A stretch of 64,000 nucleotides of DNA from positions 1,002,033-1,066,032 of the forward strand of contig JAAOMT010000436.1 of NCBI GenBank assembly GCA_016748015.1, written 5' to 3'. The notes under the pieces were generated by a model that saw nothing but the letters and a program-made list of their open reading frames with translations, did not search any database and was not told where the DNA came from. Positions 25,301 to 38,559 of this stretch are shown piece by piece. Source of the stretch: Geosiphon pyriformis uo1. Taxonomy: Eukaryota; Fungi; Glomeromycota. Each line of letters begins with the position of its first letter. Positions within the stretch are counted from its first letter, which is position 1. The position numbers and the translations under genes are program-made.

Positions 25301-28300
25301 AAAAATGTCATTGAAGTTGTTAAGTAACATTTTGAATTGTATATGTTGTAGTGAGTCTAGATTCTTTAAGTTCATCTGTTCCAACTGTTCTGGTTAAAGC
25401 AGATAACATTTTTCTTGTTTGTATATTGTTTGTGATGTGATATTCACATATTCACACAATTGTAGAAAATCTGGAATGGTGTTTGACAGTTGATCTTCAA
25501 TTTTCATGGTTAAATGTCCAATAGTAGTTCCTTTTGGTATTTTGATGACATCTTCTATGTTGTTGTAAATAGGAATTTTGATGTGGCTGTGGTTTTTTGC
25601 TGATATGTATAGATTGACTAATCCAATCTTTTCTAATTCACAAAGTGTTGCTTCTGCCTCAAAAATCTGAACCTGATCCCTTACTTTTCTTTCTATAATT
25701 ATCATGTACTAGTTATATGGTAGAATAGAAATTGATTGACAGATGAAGATAATTTCTCCCTTGTCAACAATTTTTTTTTCTGTCATATTAACTGGTACAT
25801 CTATTCTGTCTGTTGATCCAAATCTCTGTATCTCTTTAGCTGTAATTCCTAATTTTTCCTTGTTTCCCACTGACACTAACTGAGCTATTTTCACCAGAGG
25901 TAAGAATATTGCTTGTGCTATCTTTTTGTTTGGCTCTATAATATAGACCTTTTCAAAATTATTTTGTAGCATTATAATGATGTTTTCTACATATTCTGCA
26001 TCAATTATTCCTCTTTTGATGTTAATTTTTTTTTGTTAAACTACTTCTAGATACTAGTTGAACCATTGTTGTTGCTAGAATTTCCAGTGCTATTTTGAGA
26101 TCAATGTATGTATGCAAATGTGGTTCCAATTTGATGGCATATTGTCCCAAATATCTTAGATCAAATCTTGCATCAGTATTATACGTGCATTTTGGCATAA
26201 TACCTTTATTATTATTGCTAAACCATTTCAGTTCTTGCTTTTTGTTGAGATTAGGGAGTGTGATATATTGTTTGAAGTTTAAATCAGAGTTTGAATCACT
26301 ATTATTTTCATTGCCATATTGAGCAGAGCTAAAATCATTGTTTTTATTATCATCATTATTAGAGTTTGAATTGGGATTAAAATTTGATTTTGATTCCAAT
26401 GCACAACTGCTGATTAGTTTTTACTCCTCTGGGATTGTGTAGATCATATGGATGGATGGATTGTAAATAAGATCACACTCATTACAATATTGAAAGTCAC
26501 AGAAAATTAGACAGTATTAACACAGTTTAGTGTTTAACTGTTCTAAGTATTGCTTCTGCTCTTCTCTAGTGAGTGTTAAGTTTTGATAATATTCATGGAA
26601 TTTTTTTGGACCTGTTTCAATATCCAAGAATGCTTCTAAATTGGAGATCAAAACAATGTTAACTGGTTTTAGTGGATTGTTCTTGATCTCTAAGATTTTG
26701 CTGGGCATGGCTTCTTCTATTTTGGCATTGGCCATATGTCAGATCTTGTCCTTGTCATGTAGATATCTGTTCAAGTGATTGATTGCTTGGTGCCAGGCTG
26801 CAGTAATAGACATTTCATGACTCACCCAATCACTAATAAGAATTGTGTATTGGCATGAAGCATCACACATTCCTTCTTATCCAGAAATGTCATTCCACAT
26901 TCCTTTATCGAGCAACTGTTTGCTGCAAGCAAAACATGATTTATTATCCCACTTTTTTTGACATTCTGGGTACTCATATCGTTCTTTATAGCACGGCTTA
27001 CAGTAATAATGTGTGCGTGTTTAGTAGTCTTTATCTGGTGCTATCCAAGCTCCCATAGATGAAAGTTTCTTCCCATAGTCTTTGCATTTAAGAGATATGT
27101 ATGATGGTTATGGCAGTGGCTCATAGACTGAATATGAATTTGTCCAGCCACTGTTTATTTTTTTGGTGTCTGTGACTTTTTCAGGTATGTTTTTTTCTTT
27201 TTTCTTTTTTCTCTTTTTCTTGTTATTCTTTTCCCACTTCTAAGTTGTTGGTTTGTTCTGGTTATTGTCAGTTCCCCATGCTTGGTTGGTATTTCAGGTA
27301 AGTTCTTCTCATTGTTTTCTTTTCCTTTTGTTGTCCCAAGAAAGTATAAGTGGTAGTTTGTTGTGATCGTCATCGGCTCATAAGACTTGATGCACTTCCC
27401 AAGTTGGTTTCTTTTCTTTTTTCTCAAAGTCAATGAGTGGTGTTGGTGGATTGTTGGTTTTGAAGTGGCCACACATGGCTGGTATGTGTATTGACCATTC
27501 TGGCTAAGTTAAAACTCCTGCATGTTCCAATCAAGCGTCATATTGGTTTTGGACAACCAGTTATTGTCAACGAATGCTTGGTATTAAGTGGTTTCCATGA
27601 CTAATACTTTGATTGGCACAATGATGTCATTGACTTCTATAGGGAAGTCATCAATCTTACTGATCAGAGTTTTGGTTGCTTCATTAGCAGTGATAATTCA
27701 TGCACTGGCAGCTCGATCAACTCGGCAACCTAATTGGTCCATGAGTTGTCTTGTAATAATACTGTTAACTGATCTACTGTCTAAGATCAGCTTGATAAGG
27801 TGGCCATTAACTTTGATATTAGTGTATATAGCAGTAATAAGTTTTTTTTCCAGAGTGGCTCCACTAAATAATGGCATGATTAACAGTTCCTCGAGTTCAA
27901 ATGAGAAAATGGTGTTTAGTAATTTGTTTTCAGTAATGGTAGCTGGTAAAATGTTGTTGGTAAGTGTTAATTGTTGGTTGGCTTCTGGGTTATTGGGTTG
28001 GACATCTTTTGGGATAATCAGAAGACTTAAATAATATTGGGAATTTGGATTTTGGGTGTGTTTAGTTCTTGAATTCTGAGAACGTAATCCTAGTTGTTGT
28101 GTGGAAGAGCTGGGAATTGGTTGATAAACAACTATCACCAATCTCCAATTTTGTGTGACTCTTGCCCTAAAGTTTCTTGATATCATCTGAACTGGGTTTA
28201 ATAGTGGTGTTTAAACTGTGGGTGTCTGATAAATTATTTGTGGCTGCAATGGTTGATATATTACTTATGGCTGTTGTTGATAAACTGGAAATTGATATAT

Positions 28301-31106
28301 GAGTGGTTAATATATTGTCTGTTGTATTATTGGCAGATAAGTAGACTGATATTGTTCTTGATTTGAGTAATAATTTGGGGTTTGAACTCTGCAATCAGAG
28401 TTTTGGTATTGATTTCCTGATTGTAGACTACTATAAAAATGGCAGTTGACTCTAATGTAATCTTGTTTACCACAGTTGTGGCAGACTCGCATCTCTGACT
28501 GCCACAGCTGATTGGATGATAAGGATAGACATGACTGATTTTTGGAATTATTTGTGTTTCCTAAATTATTGCATTATTGTGATGGTTAATAAATTACATG
28601 ATTGTCAGCTAAGTATCTCTCTAATTTTTTATCAATAGAATTACTGAATTGTTTTAGCTTAGAATCCAATTTAGATAATCCGTTCATTACTAGATTAATG
28701 ACTTGAACATGGTTGGCTTCGAGTTCAGCTGCTTCAAAATCTCTGGTGTGTATAACTGCAGCTTGAAAATCTGCTGGATGCATTGGACATATGTGTTGCA
28801 GGATGCTACTGTGTAATTCACAAATAAACTGATTCAGGATCTGGGCTGCAGTGAAATAATCAGCATCGATGGCTTGCAAATTTTGATGGAAGCATCCCAA
28901 GTAAGTGGTGACTGCTTCAGTATCTCCCTGTTTAATGGTGGTAAAAATATTGGCCAAGCAATTAATACTGTTGCTGTTACTAAAATATCTTAAAAATTCT
29001 AATTTAAATGCATTAAATGTTTGAAGTTTCTGAGCTAGACTATGATATCATGAGTCAATAGCATCTTGAAAAAAGTAAGGGATTGTTTGAAGGGCTTTGG
29101 CATCATCCCAGTTATTGGCAGTGATGGCTTTGGCAATGTTGTTAATCCACATTTGGGCATTGTTTTCTTTGTCTGAAATTTTTTTTAGCTTTGCAATGGG
29201 TGCATATGCCATTAGTGTGATCAGTTGTTATTGTGCTAGTGGTGATTGAAGTTGTTGTTGCAGCTGTTGAAGTGGTTGTTGTGATTGTTGTGGTGGTTAT
29301 AGCAGTTGTTGAATAGGTTGCTAAAGTGGTGGCTGTTAAATCAGTTCAATAATTGGTTCAACCAGTGGCTGATTGATGACAATTACTGGAGATAAGTTTT
29401 GCTGATTAATTGTTTCAGGGTTTAGATTGTTTTGAGGTTGCTAAGTTTGAATATTCAGAGTTTTAACTTCTGGATTTTCTAGGATCAGGTTTTGGTAAAT
29501 AAATTTCTAATCCTCACTTTTTTTTTTCCTCTTCTTCTGATTCCATTACTTCTCATGAACTTATGGTTCCAAAATCTGATTGAGGTAGCAGTAATTGAAA
29601 TCTTGATAGTATTGGTGATCACAATTTAAATCTCTCAAAATAATTGCCATAAGTTCCCAATAATTCTGTTTTCTTTTGTTTACTTTAAAATAAGAGTTAT
29701 CCAAATGTTGATGTTATGTTTGATGTAGATGTGTCTGTTGAGGAGATATTGATAGCATTTCCTGGTATATAGTGGTAGAATGGGTTGTTTGGTGACTTAA
29801 CTTGGGTTTTTTTTCAAGTGGGTGGTTGTATCCTTTGGGGTATCACTATTGGTGTTTGCAGTTTTCCTTTTTTTTTATCTGCATAGGTAATAGAGAATTG
29901 TTGTTGGGTGTACCTTTCAATAGTTTGATTGATTTTTCTGATAATTGGTGCAAAACTGTAGTTTCTTGGTAAGCTGGTATGTTGAAATAATTCTGTATAG
30001 AAATTTTCTTTTGTGGATTCACTGTTAACTGTTTCCCTTAAGCAGTCTGTAATTTTATTATTAACATAAAAGTTAAAGGCTGATTCTGCTAGAAAATAGT
30101 TATTGTTTAATCTTAGCTGTTGGCTGTACTGTTGAAACAGGGATTTGGCAAATCCTAAATGGTTGGTTCTTATAATTTCTGATTTTGCCACTTTTGGATA
30201 ATTATTGTTAGTGCTGGATCTCTGTAGGACTATATCTTACAAGGAGCACCAAATGTTACAGATGATTATTTGGAGTCTCAAATCAAATAACAAACTTATA
30301 ACTTGGTGCTTGATTAATATTCTGGTGTTAATTACTAAAAGTGATTTGTATCTAAAAGTTTTTGTTGAGTTTTTTGTATAATAAACAGAGATTCAATAGT
30401 TGTTTTTAGTAGCCTTCTGAAATTACAATTCTGTCAATTTTTTTTTCGGCTTGGTGGCCAGCAATCCTCTGGTAAGTAATCCATAATTTTTTTATGTATT
30501 ATACTCATTTACAGAGGTCTTTTACCAGGCAATCCTTGATGTCAATAATTCAGTACTTAATTCTTAATCAATTTAGTAAACAATAAAAGAAATAACAATA
30601 GAAAATAAAAGAAAACAAAAAAAATAAAGAAACAAGCCAAAGCAATTTTTCAAATTAGTATTCCATCAATAGCCATGATCAAGAGCTATTGTTCTAGTGT
30701 GGTTAAGTATGATTTACTATCAACATTTTATGTTGATAGTGAAAAGTAGATTAAGATAGTGAATAATTATTTATTAATATTTGTGATGTGAAAAGTTGCT
30801 TAGATTAAATTTAAACTGAGAAGTCTGTCTTTTTTGTTTCTAATTTTACTATTATATATACATAATTGAGATCTTTCAATTCCTCAATTTTTCACACCAG
30901 GAATCTTGAAATTCTTGGAATTTTGCAATTTTTTTTGAGAGAAATTCTGGAATTCTGCAATTCTGCAATTCCTTGTATGAGAATTCTGAAATTCCTGGAA
31001 TTCTGCAATTTCTCTTGAGAGAAATCCTGGAATTCCACATTTATTATGGCTACTTCTGATTGGCTAATTTACATGCTAATATACTTCTTATGTTCTATGA
31101 GTAATA
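22355..31106 (-). mobile_element. Older degenerate Ty3/Gypsy element B2 (3' LTR absent from the window)
   Basis: 5' LTR 30254-31106, PBS TGGTGCTCCTTG, gag from 30191, PR LILDSRS, Cys domain, dUTPase (~25810-26230), RT YLND, RH ending MRQI-stop at 23978, IN from 23947, ORF3 ATG at 22539 cut by B1. Confidence 0.88.
30254..31106 (-). repeat. 5' LTR of B2
   Basis: Homologous to the B1 LTR (T(A)TTACTCATAG...TGTAACA) with the same GCAGAATTCCAGG repeats. Confidence 0.88.
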
Positions 31107-31780
31107 GCATTGTTTTAAGTGTTAAGAGCTGGGCCATCTGGCTGTGGACTGTAAGGTTTCTTTACCTCCCCCTTCCAAGTTTCTCAAGGTGTTTACTCCA
31201 TACTTCATTGGTCTTAAATCTTATGCTAAGGCTTCTGCTCCCCTGAGCACCTCTGAATTTCTACCTTTGTCATCTCTTGTCTCTTCTTTAGCTGTTGTTG
31301 GTGATTTTTTGGTGCTGTTTTGTTTGTCTTTTTTGGAATTTGATTTAACTAAGCTTTCTGCTTTAGTTAAGTCTATTGTTAAGCCTATTGGCTCTTTGGT
31401 TACAACTTTTGAACAGTTTATTAATGGTAATTTGGTTTTAAGTAGTGCTTTTGGTCTTAGGATCAATGAGGTTTTGGTACATATGAATTTCTTTAGTAGG
31501 ACTATAGGTAAGTTGAGGAGAAAAGTGGTTTCTTTGAAAAAAGAATGCTGTATAGAGAACATTGATATGTCTGGTAATTTGGAGTTTCTACCTGTTATGA
31601 GTGATAAGGTGTTTTCTAACTTAATGTTCCTTTGAGAACATAAGTCTGTTAATGTTAAAACTGATCTTTTTAAAACTATTGAGTGGTTAGTTGGTTTGGT
31701 TTCTTGCAGTGCAACTTTGTTTTCTGTTATTTAAAAGATGTCATCTTTGGGTAAGTTTTCTTCTATACCATCAGTGTAGT
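31107..31780 (+). mobile_element. Degenerate LINE ORF1 fragment (Zn knuckle and downstream region), target of B2 insertion
   Basis: HCFKC*ELGHLAVDC (CCHC knuckle), then KSYAKAS; essentially CpG-free; T-rich sense strand. Confidence 0.6.
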
Positions 31781-31889
31781 GTGTTTTTGACTGGTCCAAG
31801 TGTCTGGTCATGTGTAGAAAATACATGATTAGTGTCTAGTTTAGATTAATTCTTTGATATATTGTTCTAGGTAGCTTTTGGGTCTTGCT

Positions 31890-33060
31890 TATTAAACTTT
31901 AATAAAAAAAATTAAATTAATAATTAGATTAAAAATAAAATAATTAATTATATAATATTATTGGCTAATATATATAATAATTAATGATTTTTAACTATAA
32001 TAATATATTAAATATAAATATATTAAAATATTATTTAATATTTATATTTAATAAATATTTGAAATTATATATATATTAATAATACTAATTATAAATAAAA
32101 ATTAAAATATATTAAAAAATTTTAAATATAGATTATACTAATAATATAAATTAAAAAAAACTGTATTAATATAATATTTAAATTTATATCTTAATATTAA
32201 TACTACAAATACAAAATTTGCTAAATTGTATATATACTTTATAAAAAATTTTTAATAATAAAACAAAAAAAAAGTTATATTAAATATAAAAAAATAAAAT
32301 ATTAAAATAAAAGTAAATATTGTTATTAAACATAAAACTTTCTAATTTAAAACTTTAAGATTAAATATTTATAAATTAAATATTTTAAAATACTTGATTA
32401 ATATTTTATTTTCGAAAATATAATTTTAATCAAAAAATTTATATTAAAAAATTAAGATAAAAATACATAAAAAATTTATAATAATGCTAAAATAATTGTA
32501 AAATAATATATTTTCTTAAATTATTTGTAATTAAATATAAAAATAAAATACACTTGTTAAATCTTAATAAAAAAATAAATATTAACATAAAAAATATTTA
32601 AATAATAGTTAAATTATATTATATGTGTAAATAATAAAAAAATACAATTATAAAACTTTATGTTTTTATTATAAATATTAAATATTTTATAATAAAGTAA
32701 TATATAATTGATTTAATTTGAAATAATTATATAAATTTAAAATTTGTTAAAATTTGCTGGCTTAATTAAACAAAAATAAATATTTAAATATTTATTATAT
32801 TTAAAAACAAATTAATTAAATTTATTTTAATAAAATAAAATAAAATATAATTACAAATATAAATAAATATTATATAATTTAAAGTTGCATTTATAAAACC
32901 AAATTAATTACAATTTATTAAGATATTATTTTTAAAATAATTGAAAAACACTTTTCAATATTGAATTTTTTGCTTGGATTTTGACATTGTGTTAGGAAAA
33001 TTTTCAAACACATACTTTGTATTTACTTTTCATTAATACTTTTTTATAATTTAATTAAAA
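31890..33060. other. Extremely AT-rich low-complexity spacer between TE block and gene block
   Basis: Almost no G/C for ~1.1 kb; no ORF. Confidence 0.85.
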
Positions 33061-33069
33061 TTAATTAAA

Positions 33070-34099
33070 TTATACAAAAAATTTTATCATTTTTTTTGCA
33101 CCACACTGTGTATGCTCCAGTGCTAACACTGGCGCTCTCTGATCTGTGCTTTGAAGATCAACTAATTGCAAATATGGGCTTATCTTGAGATATAATGCCG
33201 GTGGAATGTGAACAGCTCGAAGCTGAGGTAGCAGTGGAAGAATTTTCCATAAAAACTCAGCTGACAATGAGGAAAATGATACATTAAGGTATCGCAGATT
33301 TGGAGTATTTCTTGCAATTTCCAGTATTTGCAAGTCAGTCAAATCGGAAATAAAACTTAAATCGAGACTTTGAAGCGAAGGCCATTCCCTTTTGAATAAA
33401 GCAGCATCTCTATTGCACATCCTAGATATTGAAGTTGTCAAAAAACGTCTAATCATAAAGTCTGTTATTGATTAAAAATACGTACCCCATTTCCAATTTG
33501 ATCAGTCCCCGGCATCTTTTCTGTAGCAACTCTAAAGATTTACTCGTGAAATTTGTACATCCAAAAATATTTAATTCTTGAAGATGAACACATTCAATAG
33601 TCAAGGCATCTATAGCCATGTCTGTTAGCATGTAACAATTGTATAGATTTACCCTAATAAGATTCGGAGTTTGTCGAAACAAATAACCAATAACTGAATC
33701 ACTGATTTTATCTTTGCCGTTTAAATTAGAAAGATCTAAAGCCTTGATCCAAAGACCGTAAGGGTGTGTTGAATGCCAATATGTCTTTGTGATCTGATGA
33801 ATATGAGCTTGCCTCCCTTTGAGGTCCATTCTTTTCAGTGCCTCTCCGACAAGCTTTGCCCAGTTTGAAAGTGCACGTTTCTCTTTTGTCCATGATATCA
33901 TTCGAAGTACTTCAAGAAAGGCAAAAAAGGATTTGTTCTTGGTGAACTTGACGGATCGCCAAATTATGTATTTCATGACGACTTCATGCCAACTGCTGTT
34001 GACTTGGGCACATGAGATTAGACTACTTGTGTCCTCAGTATCTTGAAAATGATCAAAGAGATGCAATAAAACTTCGCAGGGCAATGGTTTTGTTGGCAT
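33070..34099 (-). CDS. F-box/leucine-rich-repeat (RNI-like, FBXL-type) protein; 2 exons, intron 33485-33422
   Basis: F-box LPCEVLLHLF...LISCAQVNSSW; Cys-containing LRRs (LIRVNLYNCYMLTD, LQELNIFGCTNFT, LQSLDLSF). The GT-AG intron restores the frame. Confidence 0.85.
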
Positions 34100-34360
34100 G
34101 TTCAAGGATTCGTGAGGCAATAAATATGAAAGTCATAAAATTAAAATATTTTTGCTCAGGGCTATTTATCTTTGATCGCAGTAGAGCTTGCACACCGTGC
34201 ACTTAGATTGTACTATTATGGTAAATTACTGGGTTTTATCGCATACACTAAACTTTTTTCACATTCGCTTTTTCAGCAGAAAACTTCAACACCTAGTATA
34301 AAAACGGGAAATTGACAAATATTAATTCATGCTTTTTTAAGCCACCTTTAATAATATAAA

Positions 34361-37300
34361 ATGTCAAACAGAGAAAATGATTTTGATAGTGTCGATTTAT
34401 TTTCGTCGGCTGTCACAAGCGAAGATGTCGTGGAGTTTGATGACTACAATTTGGAAGATGACGAATTTCTTGGTAATTCGGAACAAACAGGTGAGAATTT
34501 TCCTCTCTTAATAAAGGTTCAAAACAGAACTCGAACTGTTTTAATAGGTGGTTGGGAACGTGATCTGTCACTTTACATCAATAGTGGAAAGTAATACCTC
34601 CTTCAATGATGATTTTATAGCTGAGCTTAATGATGAAAGAATCATTGAGGATATTGATGAAGAATTTGACTTTGATATAGGTAAAAATTGTGATACGATG
34701 CAAGCCAAGAGTAAACGAAAATTTTCTTACCATCCCTAAACGATTTTTCATGTAGAAATGAATTATGGCCAAGAGACCACAAAACACCTTCAAGTGCTAG
34801 AAACACGTGTTAATAAAGATGAACTAAACGAGATATCCCTTAATCAGTTGAGTTCAAGCAATCCTGGAGAGCCACACCTAGAACCAGACGTTGCAATAGC
34901 ACGTGAATCCTACGAATTAAATCAACCCGGATTAAATTTTCATGCAGAGCTCATAAGTGAACACTATGATTTTCTAGAGACTTTTGAAAATGAAGATCAA
35001 GGCATTATTGAACCTTTAGAGTCAAATGGGCCTGAATCGCAATTGGATAACGAATATCATTTGGAAGATGGTGATCCTTAGAAATTTATTATGGAATCTT
35101 AGCATAATAATATAGATGGGTCGTTACTTAATCCATTTGTTCATTTGTTAGACCCTCTTGAATTGGCTACTAAAAATTCAGATCAAAATTCCAAAGGCCA
35201 AGATGAAGATTTAGATAGGCTCTTAGATCTCGAATTTGGGCCTATCAGTGAAGAGGGAAAAGGAAGTGTTTATGAAGTTGATGATGATCCTTTATTTGAG
35301 GGAGAATTAGATTTGGAATACTCGAATGAGCTATCCATAGAACACTCAACATCGGAGAAGACACTTTCTGACATACCAACCCAAAACACCTCTGTCTCAT
35401 TACCAGCGCAAGATTCGCAAACTAAATCATCTGTAGCTATAATATCAGCCATCGCAAACCCTTCATCTACAAAAAGTGATCAATTATCTGAGGCGCAATT
35501 GAGAAAAAAGGCTGTAATATCTGCACGCGCCAATTCTTCAAAAGTTGGAGGCGGTAAAATAACTCAAGTTCCCGAAATTGTGAATCCTAACATTGACGCA
35601 AAGGAAAAGTCAAGCAAAGCAATCGAATCTGAAGATGGTGAAATTAGTGGCTTGACATCTGTTGAAAAATATTCATCGTCACCAAGCAGCAAAGTTAAAA
35701 AGCCTCAGATTAGTCTATCTAAATCAACCAATAACAATCATGTGCCACAGAATCCTCAGTTGAATGCATCAATGCCTTACCACGCGTCAGCAAACAACTC
35801 GCAGATTTTCCGTGGTCGAGTTAATCGAATCACTAATAATTTCCGGAACAGTAATAAAAATATGGGTGCTCTAGGACCCAGCAGTGGTGGCATGCCGTTT
35901 CGACCTGGCTTTGGTCTTGGCATGGAAATGATTCCTGGGTATGTTTTGGTTTTGGGCAATCTTTTTCCTCACGCTAATAGTCAAATGGCAAATGTTTAAA
36001 TATATTGGCGGCTTTGTTTATTATCTTTTTTTTGGCAAAATTAAAAGCTAATTCAATCCTCGAGATCAACCTAAAAATCACCTACACTCTTGATTTGATT
36101 AACTTTTCAAAATGCTTTCGGAATTTCCTTTCATTACCCTAGAATGCCTATGGGACAAATACCTATGAGCCATAGCCAAATGATGCATCCAATGTCAGGT
36201 AAGCATATAGATTAAAATATACTTGAACCATACGATTTTTGTATAATTTTCCATCAACATTAATCCTGTCAACAATATATCATGAAAAGATATTCGTCCA
36301 ATTAGGCCAAATATTCACATCAATCCTCGCTTTGCTGGAAATATGCCCCTTCACGCTTTTCAATTTCCACCAATGATGGGACAATTTCCTGGTCCCAATG
36401 AACATATGAATGTGATGCCTTTCCAGGCGCAAATTGATTCCTTTTACCAGCAACCACTTCCTCCTATCCCTACCGGCCCAGGTAGCAATAAACCATATAT
36501 ATCAAGGGGAAATGGGTTCAATCATTCTTCGCAACGAAGACCTCAACATATCCAACAATCACGCCCACAACCTGAGCCTATAGTCTCCCCTAAAGCTGCA
36601 AAACGAAAAGACCCATCAGATGGGCATTCACAACAAGAAGCTCCAAGCTTTAAACGCGTCCCTGCTCCTGAAAAACGGAGTGTTGCCCCAGCTACCACGT
36701 CTCTAGCTTCAGCCAATACGAAGGATGATAGCCCAGTTGTTCTTATTGATGAAAAAAATAATGGAGATACTAGGAATTCAAGAGAAAATAAGGCCGATAA
36801 AAACGTTGCCCTCCCTAAAGCGAGCAGTACCACCACCACTCAAAACAGTCAAAACCTTACAATGAGCACCACAGCCTCGAACTCCTCAAGCCTTCCAATA
36901 TCGAGTGGACACCCAAAGGGCAGCATTAAAAAATCCCCACGTAATGCTGTAGCACCATATTCTTTACGGTCATCTGCCACTGATAGTTACACTGCAAGGG
37001 ATAACGCAACTCTATCACGGGAGATAACTTCTTCAGTCCCGTCTTCAAGTAATAATTCGAATAACCCAAAATCCTTTACTAAAAAGGAACCTACTAGGTT
37101 AAAGCTTCAAAATATTTCTCACTCTGTCACTCAGAAAGAGCTGCGAAAAATGGCAGATCAATTTGGAGGAGCCGTGGTAGGGATTTTGCTTAATTTTGTT
37201 TATTACAAATCCTGCATTATATCCAAGGAAAATTAATATTTTTACGTAATTCCGTGTAGTCACTTCAAATTGACCGTCAAGATTGCACAGCACTTATCGA

Positions 37301-37476
37301 TTTCAAAAACACTGATAATGCAAAACTTTTTAGAAGAATGTTTAACAGGTGCAGTTAATTCAAAAATAAACGGCTTTTTTAATTTAATTATTTACACTTG
37401 CTAAATTGATCAATATATTTCAACCTCCAGAAGCCTTCTGGCGGGCGCAAACATCGTCGTCAATTTTGCGGCCTAA
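34361..37476 (+). CDS. Multi-exon low-complexity protein with C-terminal RRM, RBM33-like
   Basis: Acidic N-terminus, Pro/Met/Gly-rich middle with PNIHINPRF, and a C-terminal RRM split by introns (RLKLQNISHSVTQKEL...ALIDF...AKTFRRMFNR..LAGANIVVNF). Confidence 0.65.
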
Positions 37477-38559
37477 ATTTCCAATAATTAAAACTGTTTG
37501 TCTTGTCCCTCCCGATGATTTTTATGTCTGCTTCCAAATGGGCTTAGACGTGTGTCATCGGGAGAGTAAAGAATTATAAAATTTTTGGTGGGTTCTGAGT
37601 TAGGGAGAATAGGTTGGGATCAGGAAAATTAATTGGAATTCAGAAATGAACTTTTGGGGTTTCAAAAGCTTTAATAATTTCTTTTCGGACTCTTTTTCGC
37701 CCCTCACATCTCATGAGAATAGTTTCATTCAAAATAATCATCTTCAATGAAGATTGATTTGTAATATATATTTTCTGTCTCATAAATTTCAGAGAAAGAA
37801 CATTTATGTGAACATGTCTGAATTACCATTAATCCAATCAGTAATTTTACTAATCGCCCCTTCATGTTCAATTAATTTGAACTACAAATCTTAATGATAT
37901 CCTTTCCCCATTACACTTTTATCTATCATCACCCATCTACCGATGATAATTATTTTACTCGTCCTTTCAATTAAATATAAATTTAATACTGACAGGCATA
38001 TGGTGGGCACTTGGGTTAGGAAGACGAAAAATCAATTTGCAAACGGGGGCACTATTTCTTGGAGCTCCTTATTTATGGTTTTTGGACTTTATACTCGGTT
38101 AACCTTTACCCAAAATCTCGTTTTTCAACTTTATAGTCTATTCATTCATTCATTTTGATCTTCATTTAAGATTATAATTATCTTTTAAAAGTGTAATTCT
38201 CGATTTTGAGTCCCAAATCACCTTTCACATCTCTTCCCCTTCAAAGAATTATAATTTCCACCTTGTAGATCTTATCAGCTATTACCACTCTCACCAATTC
38301 CAGTACCCATGGTCAATTTTATTCATTCTTCAATACATCAGAAATGCAGTTCATGAGCTTTAAGTTTTCGCATATTTTGCACGACTCATCATTTGCACTA
38401 AAACATGATGAATGGACACATTAGTCCTTTATGACTATCTTTATTATTTATTCAATATCTCATCTGTATTGATACCAGTCAGACTATTACGGATGGATTG
38501 TAACACATCAACAATAGGCAATACTAAGCATTGCTATGTAACGCCTATTACTTCCTGCA

